A stretch of 64,000 bases of DNA from Acidobacteriota bacterium (GTDB lineage Bacteria; Acidobacteriota; UBA6911; JACQSX01). The stretch covers positions 1 to 64,000 of the forward strand of contig DASXQR010000073.1 in assembly GCA_036507075.1 (NCBI GenBank). Reading direction: 5' to 3'. The number at the start of each line of letters is the position of its first letter. The first letter of the stretch is position 1. The translations under genes were made by a program, and so were the position numbers. Below the pieces are notes generated by a model that worked only from the letters and a program-made list of their open reading frames with translations, did no database searches and had not been told where the DNA came from. Positions 8,953 through 20,678 of the stretch are shown here, piece after piece.

Positions 8953-11900
8953 CTAGAAGTTGAATCTTAACAAAAGCGCAACCTGACGTCTTGGCACGCG
9001 CGGATCGAGAGCCAGCGGGTCGGCAAAGAATTTATACCGGCGACCAAAGAGATTGCTGGCGCGCAGCGAAATCAGACCAGTTTTGCGGGGCATTTCATAG
9101 GAGAAAGCGGCATCTGTCGTGAAGGCGCTCACCTGTCCCGGGAAATGTCTCAAAGTCGCCAGGGGCTGTCCCCGCCGCCCCGAGGCAAGGGAGAAGCCAA
9201 ACTGGTAGAGGTAATTCTGATGGAGCTCGAAGGAATAGCCCCTCGGATGAACGTAGAATAAGCCCAGCCTTCCTTCGTGGTCGTGGCGCAATCCGAGAAG
9301 TTCCAGGCTCCGTTCCACAGAATACTGCGGAATGAAAGCGAGCCGGTCGGTGAGGAACTGATTCAGAACGATACTGCCGCCGTAAATTCGCCCGTTGAAA
9401 GTGGTCGGGAGTGAAGCTAATCCGGTCACCCCCGGTGCAACCGTAACCGGCAGAAAATCGTAAATCGGAATAACACGCTTACGCGTAAAAGCCGTCACTC
9501 GCAGAAAGCTGTTTTCCTGGTACGACTGGTCCCAACCGACGCTATAGCCGGTACTGCGGGTCAACCCGAATTCATTCTGGTTGAAAAGGAATCCATTCAC
9601 GTGCGTTGGGGCGAGGCGCTCTCCGGTGTAGGTCTGGAGCACCCGCATCGCGGCAAAACGGAAGGTAGTGGAGCGAAACGGCGCGAACAGGATACCGCCA
9701 TGGGGATTCCACCGGGAAATCGGACGATCAAAGATTCCGCCTGGAATCGTTGGAATGGGGCTGTTTCGCTCATCGTCATTCAGGAAAATATTGTCGTCGT
9801 TGGACCAGTCGTAATTCAAACCGCCGGTTAAAACAAGCTTGGAACCAAACAGGTAATCCGACTGCAGGAAAACCGTCTTGAATCGATCCTTGCGCCGAAA
9901 CACCACATCGTCGACCGTAAGGTCGGGTCGAAGACCTTTACAGTTGCCGAGCGGCCGCTCGCAAAATTGCTCGAATCCTCCCCCTGCTGCAAATCTCTGG
10001 CGGTCGAATACGCGGTACCGGATATTGCCCTCAAAGACGTCGGCACCGTAGCGCAACCGGATGCTCTGAAACTTGACCAGGTGGGCGGCCTGGAATTTCA
10101 GCTCTGGAATAGAACGTCGTGAGTGTCGGAATGTGTGAACCGTCCCAAAACTGTCGCGCTGAGCATCGGGCTGATCATGAACGAATTCGTCGGCTCGAGC
10201 GGCCACATAGAGCAGGAATTCCGACGCCGGGCTGAATGCGAAGTGATATCCGACCTCAGATCGATGAGTGCGGAGATGGATTCGATCCCGGCTGGTGTTC
10301 GCGTCGCTGACAACAAATGCGGACGTTTGACTTGAATCAGCCAGCACCGGGGAAAGTCCATGATCTCCCTCCGCTGTTTCATTGAATGAGTACGACAGCA
10401 TCAGGTCACTCCGCGGCGACAGCGCAAACTTGAACAGATTCACCGTCGTGTAGTTGTGGGAATCATCGTTGTTGCGCCGAAAACCGCGGGAACGGTTATC
10501 GGTTGCAACGGAGCTGAACGCGAACCGACGCGTTCCACCGCTGGAAACAAGAGTGCCGCCGTATGTGTCGAAGTTTCCGTAGTGTCCTTCCACCGACGAG
10601 TTCAGGCGGGGCAGCTCAAACAGAGTGGTGTAATCATTAAAGGCGTTGAATGAGTTGGAATTCACCGGCAACAGCAATCGAGCCATCAAAAGCTCGCTTC
10701 CGGCAGCCAGAGTGCGCCCTCGAAGGTTGAGGAATGTGCCGGCCAGGAACAAACGCGCGGCGCTGTTGCCGGGGTCAACGGCATTTGATTTCAAGGCCTC
10801 CGCGTTGGCCAGCTCTCCTAACCCCAGCCGGTTGTATGCAGTCGCCAGATTGACGTTGCGTGTCGCGAGATCCTTATCCAGTACAAACCGGCTGCGGTAT
10901 ACCGCCCGGTTGTCATTCAACCGAATAGAAGCCCGATAGCTGGCCACGGCTTCTCCGGGGCGATTCAAATCATTCTGGAAAATGCCGGAATATAAAAGCG
11001 GCGTGGGATCGCGAGGGTCCAGGTCGATGGCCGCGCTCAGCGCGCTGAAAGCCTGCTCGAATTTTCTCTCTTCGTAGAATGCCTTGCCTAGATAGCTTTG
11101 ATAGAGAGCGATCTGCGGTTCCAGTGTCGCGGCCTCCAGCATCTCCTCAACGGCGTCGGTTTCCTGGCCCTCACGCATGTTGGCGATGCCAATCCCAAGA
11201 TGCGGCTCGCCGCGAGTGCTGTCCAGCTTCAGCGAAGTTTCAAACGAAGCGCGGGCGTCCGGCGTTTTCCCGCGGCCGAGCTGGATGAATCCGAGCGTAG
11301 AGTGCACGGCTGCTTCTTGGGGCGCACGCGCCAAAGCGCGGCGGATTACATCTTCGGCCTTGGCGCTGTTGCCGGCGCCAAACAGCAGCTTTGCATACTG
11401 GATTTGCGCCTGCAAAAAATCAGGATCAAGCTCCAGCGCCTTTTCCGCCGAGCGGGTGGCTGCCGGAAGATCGAAGAAGCTCTGCTGGACCAGGCTCAAA
11501 TTCAGGTATGCCGAGGGTGAAGCAGGGTTGGCGCTTACGGCCCGCTGCGCTGCAGCCAGGGCTTTGTCCTTGTCGTTTTGAGTTAAATTCACATTGGCGA
11601 TCAGCCCCTGCGCGAGCGTATAAGCAGGATCGACGGGCGCTATGGTTTCCAGCAGCGCGCGTGAAGATTGCGCGTCTCCTGCAATCAGGTCGAGCATCGC
11701 TTTCTGAAGTTTCAACACTGAATCGGCGCCCGGATTCTCCACGTAACGATAGGCTTCGGCCATCTCGTTGAGGCGGTAGTGAGCCAGCGACAGGCCCAGC
11801 CGCGCGCGCGCGGACCCAGCCGGCACCCGGTTCAATTCCTGAATCGCTTCCCGGATGCGGTTTTGCTCCAGGAAAATCCAGCCTCGGGTTTCGGACGCCT

Positions 11901-12693
11901 CGGCCGAAGTATTTCCTTCCAGCGTCATGATCGCCGCGGCACTGTCGCCGGCGTCGTGTTGAAGGCGTGCCAGCGCCACGGGATCGGCCGTAGACACGCT
12001 GCGCAGTGCGGATTGCGCCTGTGCCGCCGAGGCATAGACAAAAGGATAGTCGCGCGGGCTTACCGCGCCGCTGTAAAACAGCGTCCACTGCACGGCGTCG
12101 CGCGGGTTAAGAATGAGTGTCTTGTTGGGCGCCTGTCCCACTCGGGCGCGTCCCTGTTCTCCCGGGTTTACCACCACAAAACCGAAGTCGTTGCGGTAGT
12201 CGATGGAACCCTCGAGTACGATGGCGGTCGACTCTCCATCCGGCGCCACGCGAATGTCGAACTCCGTTCCTCGAATTGCAGCCGTTACGGCGGGGGTTTT
12301 CACGCTCAGTGAAGCGGGGGTCTTCTTGGAGCGGACCCAGGCTTCGCCCGTGGCCAGATTCAGGATGCTCTGATCGGCCCGCGCGCCCGACAGCGCCAGG
12401 CGCACCAAAAGATTGCTCGTCTGCCGGACGGCATTCAGTTGAAGCTGCGTGTTGGCATTCAGCTTCAACTGAGTTTCATCGGCCAGCAGCACCACGGCGC
12501 GGCTCTGGCGCCCGGTCCGGAGAATATCTCCGGCATTGAGAATCTGATTGCTGATGCCGGCGACCCAACGAGGCTGGCCGGCGGGCTGCACTTCCACGGT
12601 TCCCTGAACGCTGATCAGCTTGCCGGCCACGTCCGCGGCGGCCGTGGCGCAAAACAGCGGCAGCACAAGAAAAATGAGCCACGTTCTTTTCAC
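8953..12693 (-). CDS. FecR-domain + TPR + outer-membrane beta-barrel protein (NsrA-like)
   Basis: signal peptide; LNAGDILRTG..VKTPAVTAAIRGTEF..VLEG (FecR); many TPRs; beta-strand-rich C-terminus ending in Phe; GTG 12693 or TTG 12723 start. Confidence 0.85.
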   Translation of the reverse strand: MKRTWLIFLVLPLFCATAAADVAGKLISVQGTVEVQPAGQPRWVAGISNQILNAGDILRTGRQSRAVVLLADETQLKLNANTQLQLNAVRQTSNLLVRLALSGARADQSILNLATGEAWVRSKKTPASLSVKTPAVTAAIRGTEFDIRVAPDGESTAIVLEGSIDYRNDFGFVVVNPGEQGRARVGQAPNKTLILNPRDAVQWTLFYSGAVSPRDYPFVYASAAQAQSALRSVSTADPVALARLQHDAGDSAAAIMTLEGNTSAEASETRGWIFLEQNRIREAIQELNRVPAGSARARLGLSLAHYRLNEMAEAYRYVENPGADSVLKLQKAMLDLIAGDAQSSRALLETIAPVDPAYTLAQGLIANVNLTQNDKDKALAAAQRAVSANPASPSAYLNLSLVQQSFFDLPAATRSAEKALELDPDFLQAQIQYAKLLFGAGNSAKAEDVIRRALARAPQEAAVHSTLGFIQLGRGKTPDARASFETSLKLDSTRGEPHLGIGIANMREGQETDAVEEMLEAATLEPQIALYQSYLGKAFYEERKFEQAFSALSAAIDLDPRDPTPLLYSGIFQNDLNRPGEAVASYRASIRLNDNRAVYRSRFVLDKDLATRNVNLATAYNRLGLGELANAEALKSNAVDPGNSAARLFLAGTFLNLRGRTLAAGSELLMARLLLPVNSNSFNAFNDYTTLFELPRLNSSVEGHYGNFDTYGGTLVSSGGTRRFAFSSVATDNRSRGFRRNNDDSHNYTTVNLFKFALSPRSDLMLSYSFNETAEGDHGLSPVLADSSQTSAFVVSDANTSRDRIHLRTHRSEVGYHFAFSPASEFLLYVAARADEFVHDQPDAQRDSFGTVHTFRHSRRSIPELKFQAAHLVKFQSIRLRYGADVFEGNIRYRVFDRQRFAAGGGFEQFCERPLGNCKGLRPDLTVDDVVFRRKDRFKTVFLQSDYLFGSKLVLTGGLNYDWSNDDNIFLNDDERNSPIPTIPGGIFDRPISRWNPHGGILFAPFRSTTFRFAAMRVLQTYTGERLAPTHVNGFLFNQNEFGLTRSTGYSVGWDQSYQENSFLRVTAFTRKRVIPIYDFLPVTVAPGVTGLASLPTTFNGRIYGGSIVLNQFLTDRLAFIPQYSVERSLELLGLRHDHEGRLGLFYVHPRGYSFELHQNYLYQFGFSLASGRRGQPLATLRHFPGQVSAFTTDAAFSYEMPRKTGLISLRASNLFGRRYKFFADPLALDPRVPRRQVALLLRFNF

Positions 12694-12825
12694 TGATTTA
12701 AATCGGCTTACGGGGATTGACAATCAGCGTCAACTGTAACTTTTCCAAAGCTGGGGAGCAAAGCGAAATTTTAGGGAAGCAGTTTTTTCCTCGTACGGCG
12801 AGAATTTACCGCGAAGGCGCGAAGA

Positions 12826-13144
12826 GGGAGGGACTGAGGGATTGAGGGATTGAGAGATGGAGGGATGGAGGAATGGAGGAATGGAGGGATGGAGGGATGG
12901 AGGGATGGAGGGATGGAGGAATGGAGGGATGGAGGGATGGAGGGATGGAGGGATGGAGGGATGGGGGGATGGGGGGATGGGGGATGGAGGGATTCTGCTC
13001 AGCCACTCAATCATTCCATCCTCAATCCCTCAGTCCCTTAATCCCTCAATCTCTCAGTCCATCAATCTCTCAGTCCATCAATCTCTCAGTCCATCAATCT
13101 CTCAGTCCCTCAATCTCTCAGTCCCTCATCAGTCCCTCAATCTC

Positions 13145-13149
<5 letters not shown>
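12826..13149. repeat. inverted octamer array, family C (GGAGGGAT / ATCCCTCA)
   Basis: about 20 GGAGGGAT-like units, then ATCAATCTCTCAGTCC 16-mers; right arm overlaps the rpoD stop. Confidence 0.9.
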
Positions 13150-14830
<1,681 letters not shown>

Positions 14831-14905
14831 TCCAAAACTCCTTCCTGGCTCGCACCAGCGAGCCAGAGATTTCCTGCCAGACTCAAGTGAAACCGGAACT
14901 TGACG

Positions 14906-16639
14906 CTACGTCAACAGCTGGCGGCCCAATTCCTTTTTTTCTTCCAAGAGACGATTCAGCTCTTCCGGGTTTTCCGCTTTGGCGATGCGCGTTAATAATT
15001 CTTCCCGGGCTTGCTCAAGGCCGATCCGTTTGAGCGCATTCAGGCAGTTGATAGCCTCGCCCAGGCTCGGTTCCGGATCGATGGTCCGCGTAACTACAAT
15101 TTCTTCAAATAGTTGCCTGTCTTCCTGAGATTCCAGCAAATCCTTCAGGCCTAAAAAGCTTACATCCTTATTAAGATGATAAAACTCGAGCAAAAGTTTT
15201 AAAATCGACTCGGTTGCAAGTCCTTTTATATCGCTCTGCAGCAGCAGGGGAAGGATCTCGTTTCGAGCTTCGTGCGACTCCACCAACAGTTTTACCAGAC
15301 GGCGCTCAGTCTTGGTAACTGCTTGATTCAAAGGGATTTCAATTTTTGCTTCGCGTCGCCTTTCGACCGCTATCTTCTTCAGTTCCGATAGAATCAGGGA
15401 GCTTTCCAGATTGAGTCGACCCGCAAGCATGGAAACCGTTTCGGCCCGTTCGACACGGTTGGGAAGGAGGGCGACGTATGGAAGTAACTTATTGAGGATA
15501 TTGACCTTACCTCTGGGACTGGAAGCGGCCCTCTCCTGCCGAACTGCTGATTCTAGCAGGAAATCTATATACTTCAACGAATTCTTCAAAGCCTGTGAGT
15601 ATGCTTCCACACCCCTGCGGCGCACAAAGCTGTCCGGGTCCAAGCCCTCGTCAAGCCTTACTATGTTCACGCGAAACCCTTCCTGCAGGAACATGTCGAT
15701 GGACCGTGATGCGGCCGCCATGCCGGCCGAATCCGGATCGTAGTTGACAATGACATTACGCGTGTAACGCCCGATCAGCTTCACCTGATTCTGTGTGAGA
15801 CTGGTACCCAGAGATGCGACAATATTCTCCACACCGCGAATAAACGGGATAATCAGATCAAAATAGCCTTCCACTAATATGGCGAAATCCTTCCGGCGTA
15901 TCTGCTCTTTTGACAAATTGAGGCCAAAAAGGTTGCTGCTCTTGTGATAGATCGGCGTCTCGGGAGAATTCAGATACTTGGGAAGACCCTCCCCGAAAAT
16001 TCTCCCCCCCAAAGCGATCACCCGGCCGGAGATATCGCAGATGGGAATCATGATCCGTTCGCGAAACTTGTCGTGAAAAGATCCGGGAGCTGTGCTTTTC
16101 AGAAGGCCGCACAATTCCATTTCCGGCTCGTTGAATTTCAGCTCTTTCAGGTGCTTCAACAGCACGTTTCCCGAACGGGGAGCGTAGCCGATGCGGAACT
16201 TCCTGATCTCCTGTTCCCGCAGGCCGCGTTCGGCCAGATATTCCATGACTGGCTCGGAAGCGTTCTCCAGCGCGCGCTGGTAAAATCGGGCCGCACGTTC
16301 CATGATGGCATGCAGGCGCTCCTTCTGAATCGCAGCCTGCGGTGAGATGTGCCGGTCCGGGACCGCTACTCCCGCCTTGCGCGCCACTTCCTTGAGGGCC
16401 TCGGGAAAGCTCATGCCTTCGATCATCTCCACGAATTTGAAAACGTCACCCGATGCTCCACAGCCAAAACACTTGAAAATCTTCTTGCTTTCGCTGACGT
16501 AAAAAGACGGAGTTTTTTCGCTGTGGAAGGGGCAAAGAGCGGAGTGATCCTTTCCCGCTTTCTTGAGGGTTACGTATTCGGAGATGACTTGAACGATGCT
16601 GGCGGAGTTACGGACTTCTTCGGTGAAATTATGATCCAT
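14906..16639 (-). CDS. dnaG: DNA primase
   Basis: CPFHSEKTPSF..CFGC zinc finger, KYLNSPET, VEGYFD, YDPDSAG TOPRIM. Confidence 0.97.
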   Translation of the reverse strand: MDHNFTEEVRNSASIVQVISEYVTLKKAGKDHSALCPFHSEKTPSFYVSESKKIFKCFGCGASGDVFKFVEMIEGMSFPEALKEVARKAGVAVPDRHISPQAAIQKERLHAIMERAARFYQRALENASEPVMEYLAERGLREQEIRKFRIGYAPRSGNVLLKHLKELKFNEPEMELCGLLKSTAPGSFHDKFRERIMIPICDISGRVIALGGRIFGEGLPKYLNSPETPIYHKSSNLFGLNLSKEQIRRKDFAILVEGYFDLIIPFIRGVENIVASLGTSLTQNQVKLIGRYTRNVIVNYDPDSAGMAAASRSIDMFLQEGFRVNIVRLDEGLDPDSFVRRRGVEAYSQALKNSLKYIDFLLESAVRQERAASSPRGKVNILNKLLPYVALLPNRVERAETVSMLAGRLNLESSLILSELKKIAVERRREAKIEIPLNQAVTKTERRLVKLLVESHEARNEILPLLLQSDIKGLATESILKLLLEFYHLNKDVSFLGLKDLLESQEDRQLFEEIVVTRTIDPEPSLGEAINCLNALKRIGLEQAREELLTRIAKAENPEELNRLLEEKKELGRQLLT

Positions 16640-16702
16640 CAACGGGGAGCCGGCGTGCCCGAAAGGCAGCTTTCATTATGTTCTGTTTGCGTAGGGGAAT
16701 CA

Positions 16703-16958
16703 ATGGGAGAGTGGGGAATGGGGAATGGGGAATGGGGAATGGGGAATGGGGAATGCGGAATGCGGAATGGGGAATTCGGAATGCGGAACATCTTCCCGTG
16801 AAATTGTCCAGTTGAAAAATGAATCTCTGTTTCCTATTCCGGATTCCCTATTCCCCATTCCCCATTCCGCATTCCGCATTCCCCATTCCGCATTCCGCAT
16901 TCCGCATTCCGCATTCCCCATTCCAAATTCCACATTCCGCATTTCAAATTCCGCATTC
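16703..16958. repeat. inverted heptamer array, family A (GGGGAAT/GCGGAAT)
   Basis: (GGGGAAT)6 at 16713-16754 plus GCGGAAT units; long ATTCCGC/ATTCCCC right arm. Confidence 0.9.
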
Positions 16959-16967
16959 AATATCCCG

Positions 16968-19337
16968 CTACCTGAGCTCCACAACCGTCACCCCATTTCC
17001 CCCTTCCCGCTCGTTGCCGGCCCGTGCGGATGCCACATGCAGGTGGCCTTGCAGAAATTCCCGTAGTGCCTTTGCCAGCCTGCCGCTGCCGCGGCCGTGA
17101 ATCAGCCTTACGGAGGCATAACTTTCCAGCGCGGCTTTATCCAGAAACTTATCCACTTCCGGCAGCGCTTCGTCCACCGTTTTTCCAATCAGATTCAGTT
17201 CATGAGGCACTTCCTCGCCCGCGGCAGGAGTAAACGAAACATTGGAAGGCAGCCTAAGGGCCGCGGCCGGCGGCTCCTCCAGGCAACGCAGGTCTGCGGG
17301 CGCAAGGCGCACTTTTTTCCCCGCGATTTCAACGACCGCCTGCTTGCCTTCCATTCCCAGAAAAACTCCCGGCTGGTCCAGCGAAATAACCAGAACACGC
17401 GCGCGCGGCTCCGGCGTGCCACTGGCGCGCCCGTCGTCGCGTTCCGAGGATGCCCGCTGATCGGCAACTGCGGTATATCCCAACGCCTGTCTTCTAAAGG
17501 ATTCACGCAAAGCCTCGGCTTTACGCTTTTCGGCCGCGAGCCGCCGCTGGCGTTCCACTTTGTCGCTGATGCCTGCAAGTTCCAGTTTCAACGACTCCTC
17601 AAATTGGCGCTGCAATTGCGCCAGCCGCTCTTCCAGCTCCTGTTGCCGGCGTGCCAGTTTTTCCTCCGCTTCGATGCGCTGCCGGATTCGCTCCCGATCA
17701 AGCTCCTGGCTTTTGCGTTGAAGTTCCTCCCTGGCTGCGGCCAGCTTTTGGGCGTCTTCATTCAGACGCTGCAGATAGTTTTCCATTTCCAGTTCCCGGT
17801 TTCCGATTTTTGAGCGCGCCAAGTCGACAATTTCGCGATCCAACCCGATTCGCTGCGCAATCGTCAATGCGTTGCTGTGACCGGATATGCCTGAAATCAA
17901 GCGGAAGGTGGGGCGCAGCGATTGCTCATCGAATTCGACGGCGGCATTCTCCGCAAAGCCGCGATCCTGAGCGAAAGCTTTCAGTCTTTCCAAATGAGTA
18001 GTGACGATCACGTGGGCCCCTTTGGCTACCAGAGTTTCCAAAACCGCCAGCGCCAGAGATGCTCCCTGCGACGGATCCGTTCCCGCGCCCAGTTCATCCA
18101 GCAGCACGAGCGTCTCTCCCGCCGTCTCGGCAAGAATTTCTTTGAGACGCAGGATGTGGGATGAAAAAGTAGAGAGACTTTGCTGCAGGGACTGATGGTC
18201 GCCAACATCGGCTCGAATGCCGGAAAACATCGGAAAACGGGCTTCGCGGGCGGGCACCTGAAAGCCGCAATGTGACATCAGGGCAAGAAGTCCCACCGTT
18301 TTCAGCGCAGCTGTTTTTCCCCCCGTATTCGGACCGCTGATCACCAGCACTTTCGTTTGCGCGTTCAACCGGACATCTACAGGAACGACGTTCCCGGCTC
18401 CGATGAAGTGCATTAGGAGCGGATGTCTGGCCTGCAGAATTTCAATACCAGGCCCGCCCAGTGCCGGTTCGACGGCTTGCTGGCGCAAGCCCAGGCGAGC
18501 GCGGGCTGCAGTTACGTCCAACTGAGTGATGGCTTCCACCAGGGTATCGAAATGAACAAGCTGGCGGCGAAGTGAGGATGTCAACTCCTGAATGATCCTG
18601 CTGACCTCAAGGGCTTCCTGCTCCAGCAGCAGCGCCAGTTCATTGTTCATACCGACTACCGGCAACGGCTCGAGAAAGACGGTGGCTCCGGACGAGGAAG
18701 CCCCGTGCAAGACCCCTTCGACTTCCTGCTTCCTTTCAGCACGTACCGGAATCACATAGCGTCCGTTCCGTTCGGTCACGTAGCTGTCCTGGATCACTTC
18801 GGGGCGGGAAAAATATCTTTCCAGCGTGCGGTTCAACTCTTCGCGCTTCTGCCGAATGGCAGACCGGACCCTGCGTATTTCAGGCGTGGCGGAGTCCAGG
18901 ACATTGCCTTCTCCGTCAAGGGCTTTGGTTACGCTCCGCTTCCAGTCTCCAAGATCGGCGATCTTTTCGGCCAGCTTCCAGAGCACCGGAAAGTCAGTAG
19001 AGCGGGCCTTTATCGCGCCTTTGATCTCGGCGGCCCGGCCGATGTAGCAGCAGGCCACCAGAATCTGCGCAGGTTCAAGGGAGAGACCGGCGACACGAAG
19101 AGCTGCAAGAACCGGCTCGGGATCATCCAGGCCGGACAGCCGCGGGGAAAGCTGCTCAATCCATCGCCTGGCTTCTGTCGTCTGCGCCTGCAACCCTTGC
19201 GCGGTTGTCGTATTCGAAGCAGGTTCTATGGCGCGCGTTCGCCGCGCGCCTGGAGCGGTCTCGGCCAGAGCCGCAGCCTGCTCGAGCAGCGCGTCAAATT
19301 CGAGCGCCTCGCGGGTGGTCGGGTCGAGAATTGACAT
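16968..19337 (-). CDS. mutS2: endonuclease MutS2
   Basis: SSSGATVFLEP, GPNTGGKT, SLSTFSSH, LLDELGAGTDP, C-terminal Smr domain IHGRGSG. Confidence 0.95.
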   Translation of the reverse strand: MSILDPTTREALEFDALLEQAAALAETAPGARRTRAIEPASNTTTAQGLQAQTTEARRWIEQLSPRLSGLDDPEPVLAALRVAGLSLEPAQILVACCYIGRAAEIKGAIKARSTDFPVLWKLAEKIADLGDWKRSVTKALDGEGNVLDSATPEIRRVRSAIRQKREELNRTLERYFSRPEVIQDSYVTERNGRYVIPVRAERKQEVEGVLHGASSSGATVFLEPLPVVGMNNELALLLEQEALEVSRIIQELTSSLRRQLVHFDTLVEAITQLDVTAARARLGLRQQAVEPALGGPGIEILQARHPLLMHFIGAGNVVPVDVRLNAQTKVLVISGPNTGGKTAALKTVGLLALMSHCGFQVPAREARFPMFSGIRADVGDHQSLQQSLSTFSSHILRLKEILAETAGETLVLLDELGAGTDPSQGASLALAVLETLVAKGAHVIVTTHLERLKAFAQDRGFAENAAVEFDEQSLRPTFRLISGISGHSNALTIAQRIGLDREIVDLARSKIGNRELEMENYLQRLNEDAQKLAAAREELQRKSQELDRERIRQRIEAEEKLARRQQELEERLAQLQRQFEESLKLELAGISDKVERQRRLAAEKRKAEALRESFRRQALGYTAVADQRASSERDDGRASGTPEPRARVLVISLDQPGVFLGMEGKQAVVEIAGKKVRLAPADLRCLEEPPAAALRLPSNVSFTPAAGEEVPHELNLIGKTVDEALPEVDKFLDKAALESYASVRLIHGRGSGRLAKALREFLQGHLHVASARAGNEREGGNGVTVVELR

Positions 19338-19371
19338 GCTCGGTTTCAGGTTTGCGGGTTGCGAGTTACTA

Positions 19372-19480
19372 GCCCGGATTATTCAAAAACTTCACCGCCA
19401 AGAACGCCAAGATAGCGCGGGGTGACGGTCTTAGCGTTCTTGGCGCTCTTGGCGGTTAATGTCTTTGAATAATCCAGGGC
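19372..19480. mobile_element. 109-bp MITE-like element flanked by TA, inserted in a degenerate family B array
   Basis: TIRs GCCC(T)GGATTATTCAAA; TA at 19370-19371 and 19481-19482; interior CGCCAAGAA / TCTTGGCG nonamer arms. Confidence 0.75.
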
Positions 19481-19510
19481 TATTAACCCGAAACCTCAAT
19501 TCGAAAACGC

Positions 19511-20263
19511 CTATTTTCGTTTTCGATTAATCAGGCTGGCGACGTAACCGGCGCCGAATCCATTGTCGATGTTCACTACGGTGACGTTGGAAGCGCAGGA
19601 GTTCAACATTCCCAGCAGCGCGGCCAGGCCGTAAAATGAAGCGCCGTACCCGACGCTTGTGGGAACGGCAATTACTGGAACGCTCACCAGACCGCCTACC
19701 ACGCTGGGCAATGCGCCTTCCATGCCGGCCGCAACCACGGCAACCCGACAATCGCCAAGCTTCCGACTCTTCTGCAGCAGGCGGTGCAGGCCGGCGACTC
19801 CCACATCGAAAATTCGATCCACATTGTTCCCCATCACCTCGGCTGTAACGGCCGCCTCTTCGGCGACGGCCAGGTCCGATGTACCGGCAGAAATAATGGG
19901 AACCGTGCTTTCACCGTAAATCCTTTTGTCACGGCGCACCACCACACATCCGGAATCGGGGTAAAAGCGGGCCGACTTCTCCAGCCTGCGGACTTCGCTG
20001 AATACCTCCACGGTAGTGCGAGTAATCAGGAGATTTCGATGGTGCTCGAGAAGACTCTTTGCAATCCCCACAACGTGCTCGGTTCTTTTGCCTTGTCCGA
20101 AAATAACTTCCGGAAAGCCCTTGCGCAGGGTGCGATGGTGATCGACATTGGCAAAGCCCAGATCTTCGGAAGGAAAGTGACGCAGCTTCTCGAGCGCGCT
20201 GTCAACCGGCAGCACGCCGGCCTGCACCTGCTTCAGGAGTTTGCGTAGAAGCGTTCGATCCAC
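19511..20263 (-). CDS. larB: nickel pincer cofactor biosynthesis protein LarB (PurE-like)
   Basis: [56 protein letters not shown]. Confidence 0.93.
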   Translation of the reverse strand: MDRTLLRKLLKQVQAGVLPVDSALEKLRHFPSEDLGFANVDHHRTLRKGFPEVIFGQGKRTEHVVGIAKSLLEHHRNLLITRTTVEVFSEVRRLEKSARFYPDSGCVVVRRDKRIYGESTVPIISAGTSDLAVAEEAAVTAEVMGNNVDRIFDVGVAGLHRLLQKSRKLGDCRVAVVAAGMEGALPSVVGGLVSVPVIAVPTSVGYGASFYGLAALLGMLNSCASNVTVVNIDNGFGAGYVASLINRKRK

Positions 20264-20267
20264 CGGT

Positions 20268-20675
20268 TGGGTTCCTGGGTTATGAGTTCCGCGTTACGGG
20301 TTAACGGGTTTACGGGTTCCGGGTTTACGGGTTCCGGGTTACGAGTTCCACGTTCCGAGTTTACGGGTTACGGGTTTACGGGTTACGGGTTTACGGGTTC
20401 CGAGTTCCGAGTTCCACGTTCCGAGTTTACAGGTTACGGGTTCCGGGTTCCGGACGGGTTCCGCGTGGCAGGCAAGGAGACGTAGCGCGGCTAAACAGGA
20501 ATTAAAAACAAGAGCCGACCACAACCACAAAACCCGCAACCCGTAAACCCGCAACCCGAAACTCGCAACCCGTAAACTCGCAACCCGGAAACCTGCAATC
20601 CGGAAACTTGCAATCCTGAAACCCGCAATCCTGAAACCCGCAACCCGGAAACTCGAAACTCGGAAACTCGGAACT
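20268..20675. repeat. large inverted family B array with no enclosed gene
   Basis: about 25 CGGGTT(T)A/CGAGTTC units, a ~65-nt loop, then about 19 AACCCG/AACTCG units; fills the pnp-larB spacer. Confidence 0.92.
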
Positions 20676-20678
20676 TTT

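Noticed and set aside
20268..20675. Possible CRISPR array here or at other repeat loci
   Set aside because: Units are 6-9 nt and contiguous, with no 25-40 nt direct repeats separated by unique spacers, and no cas genes
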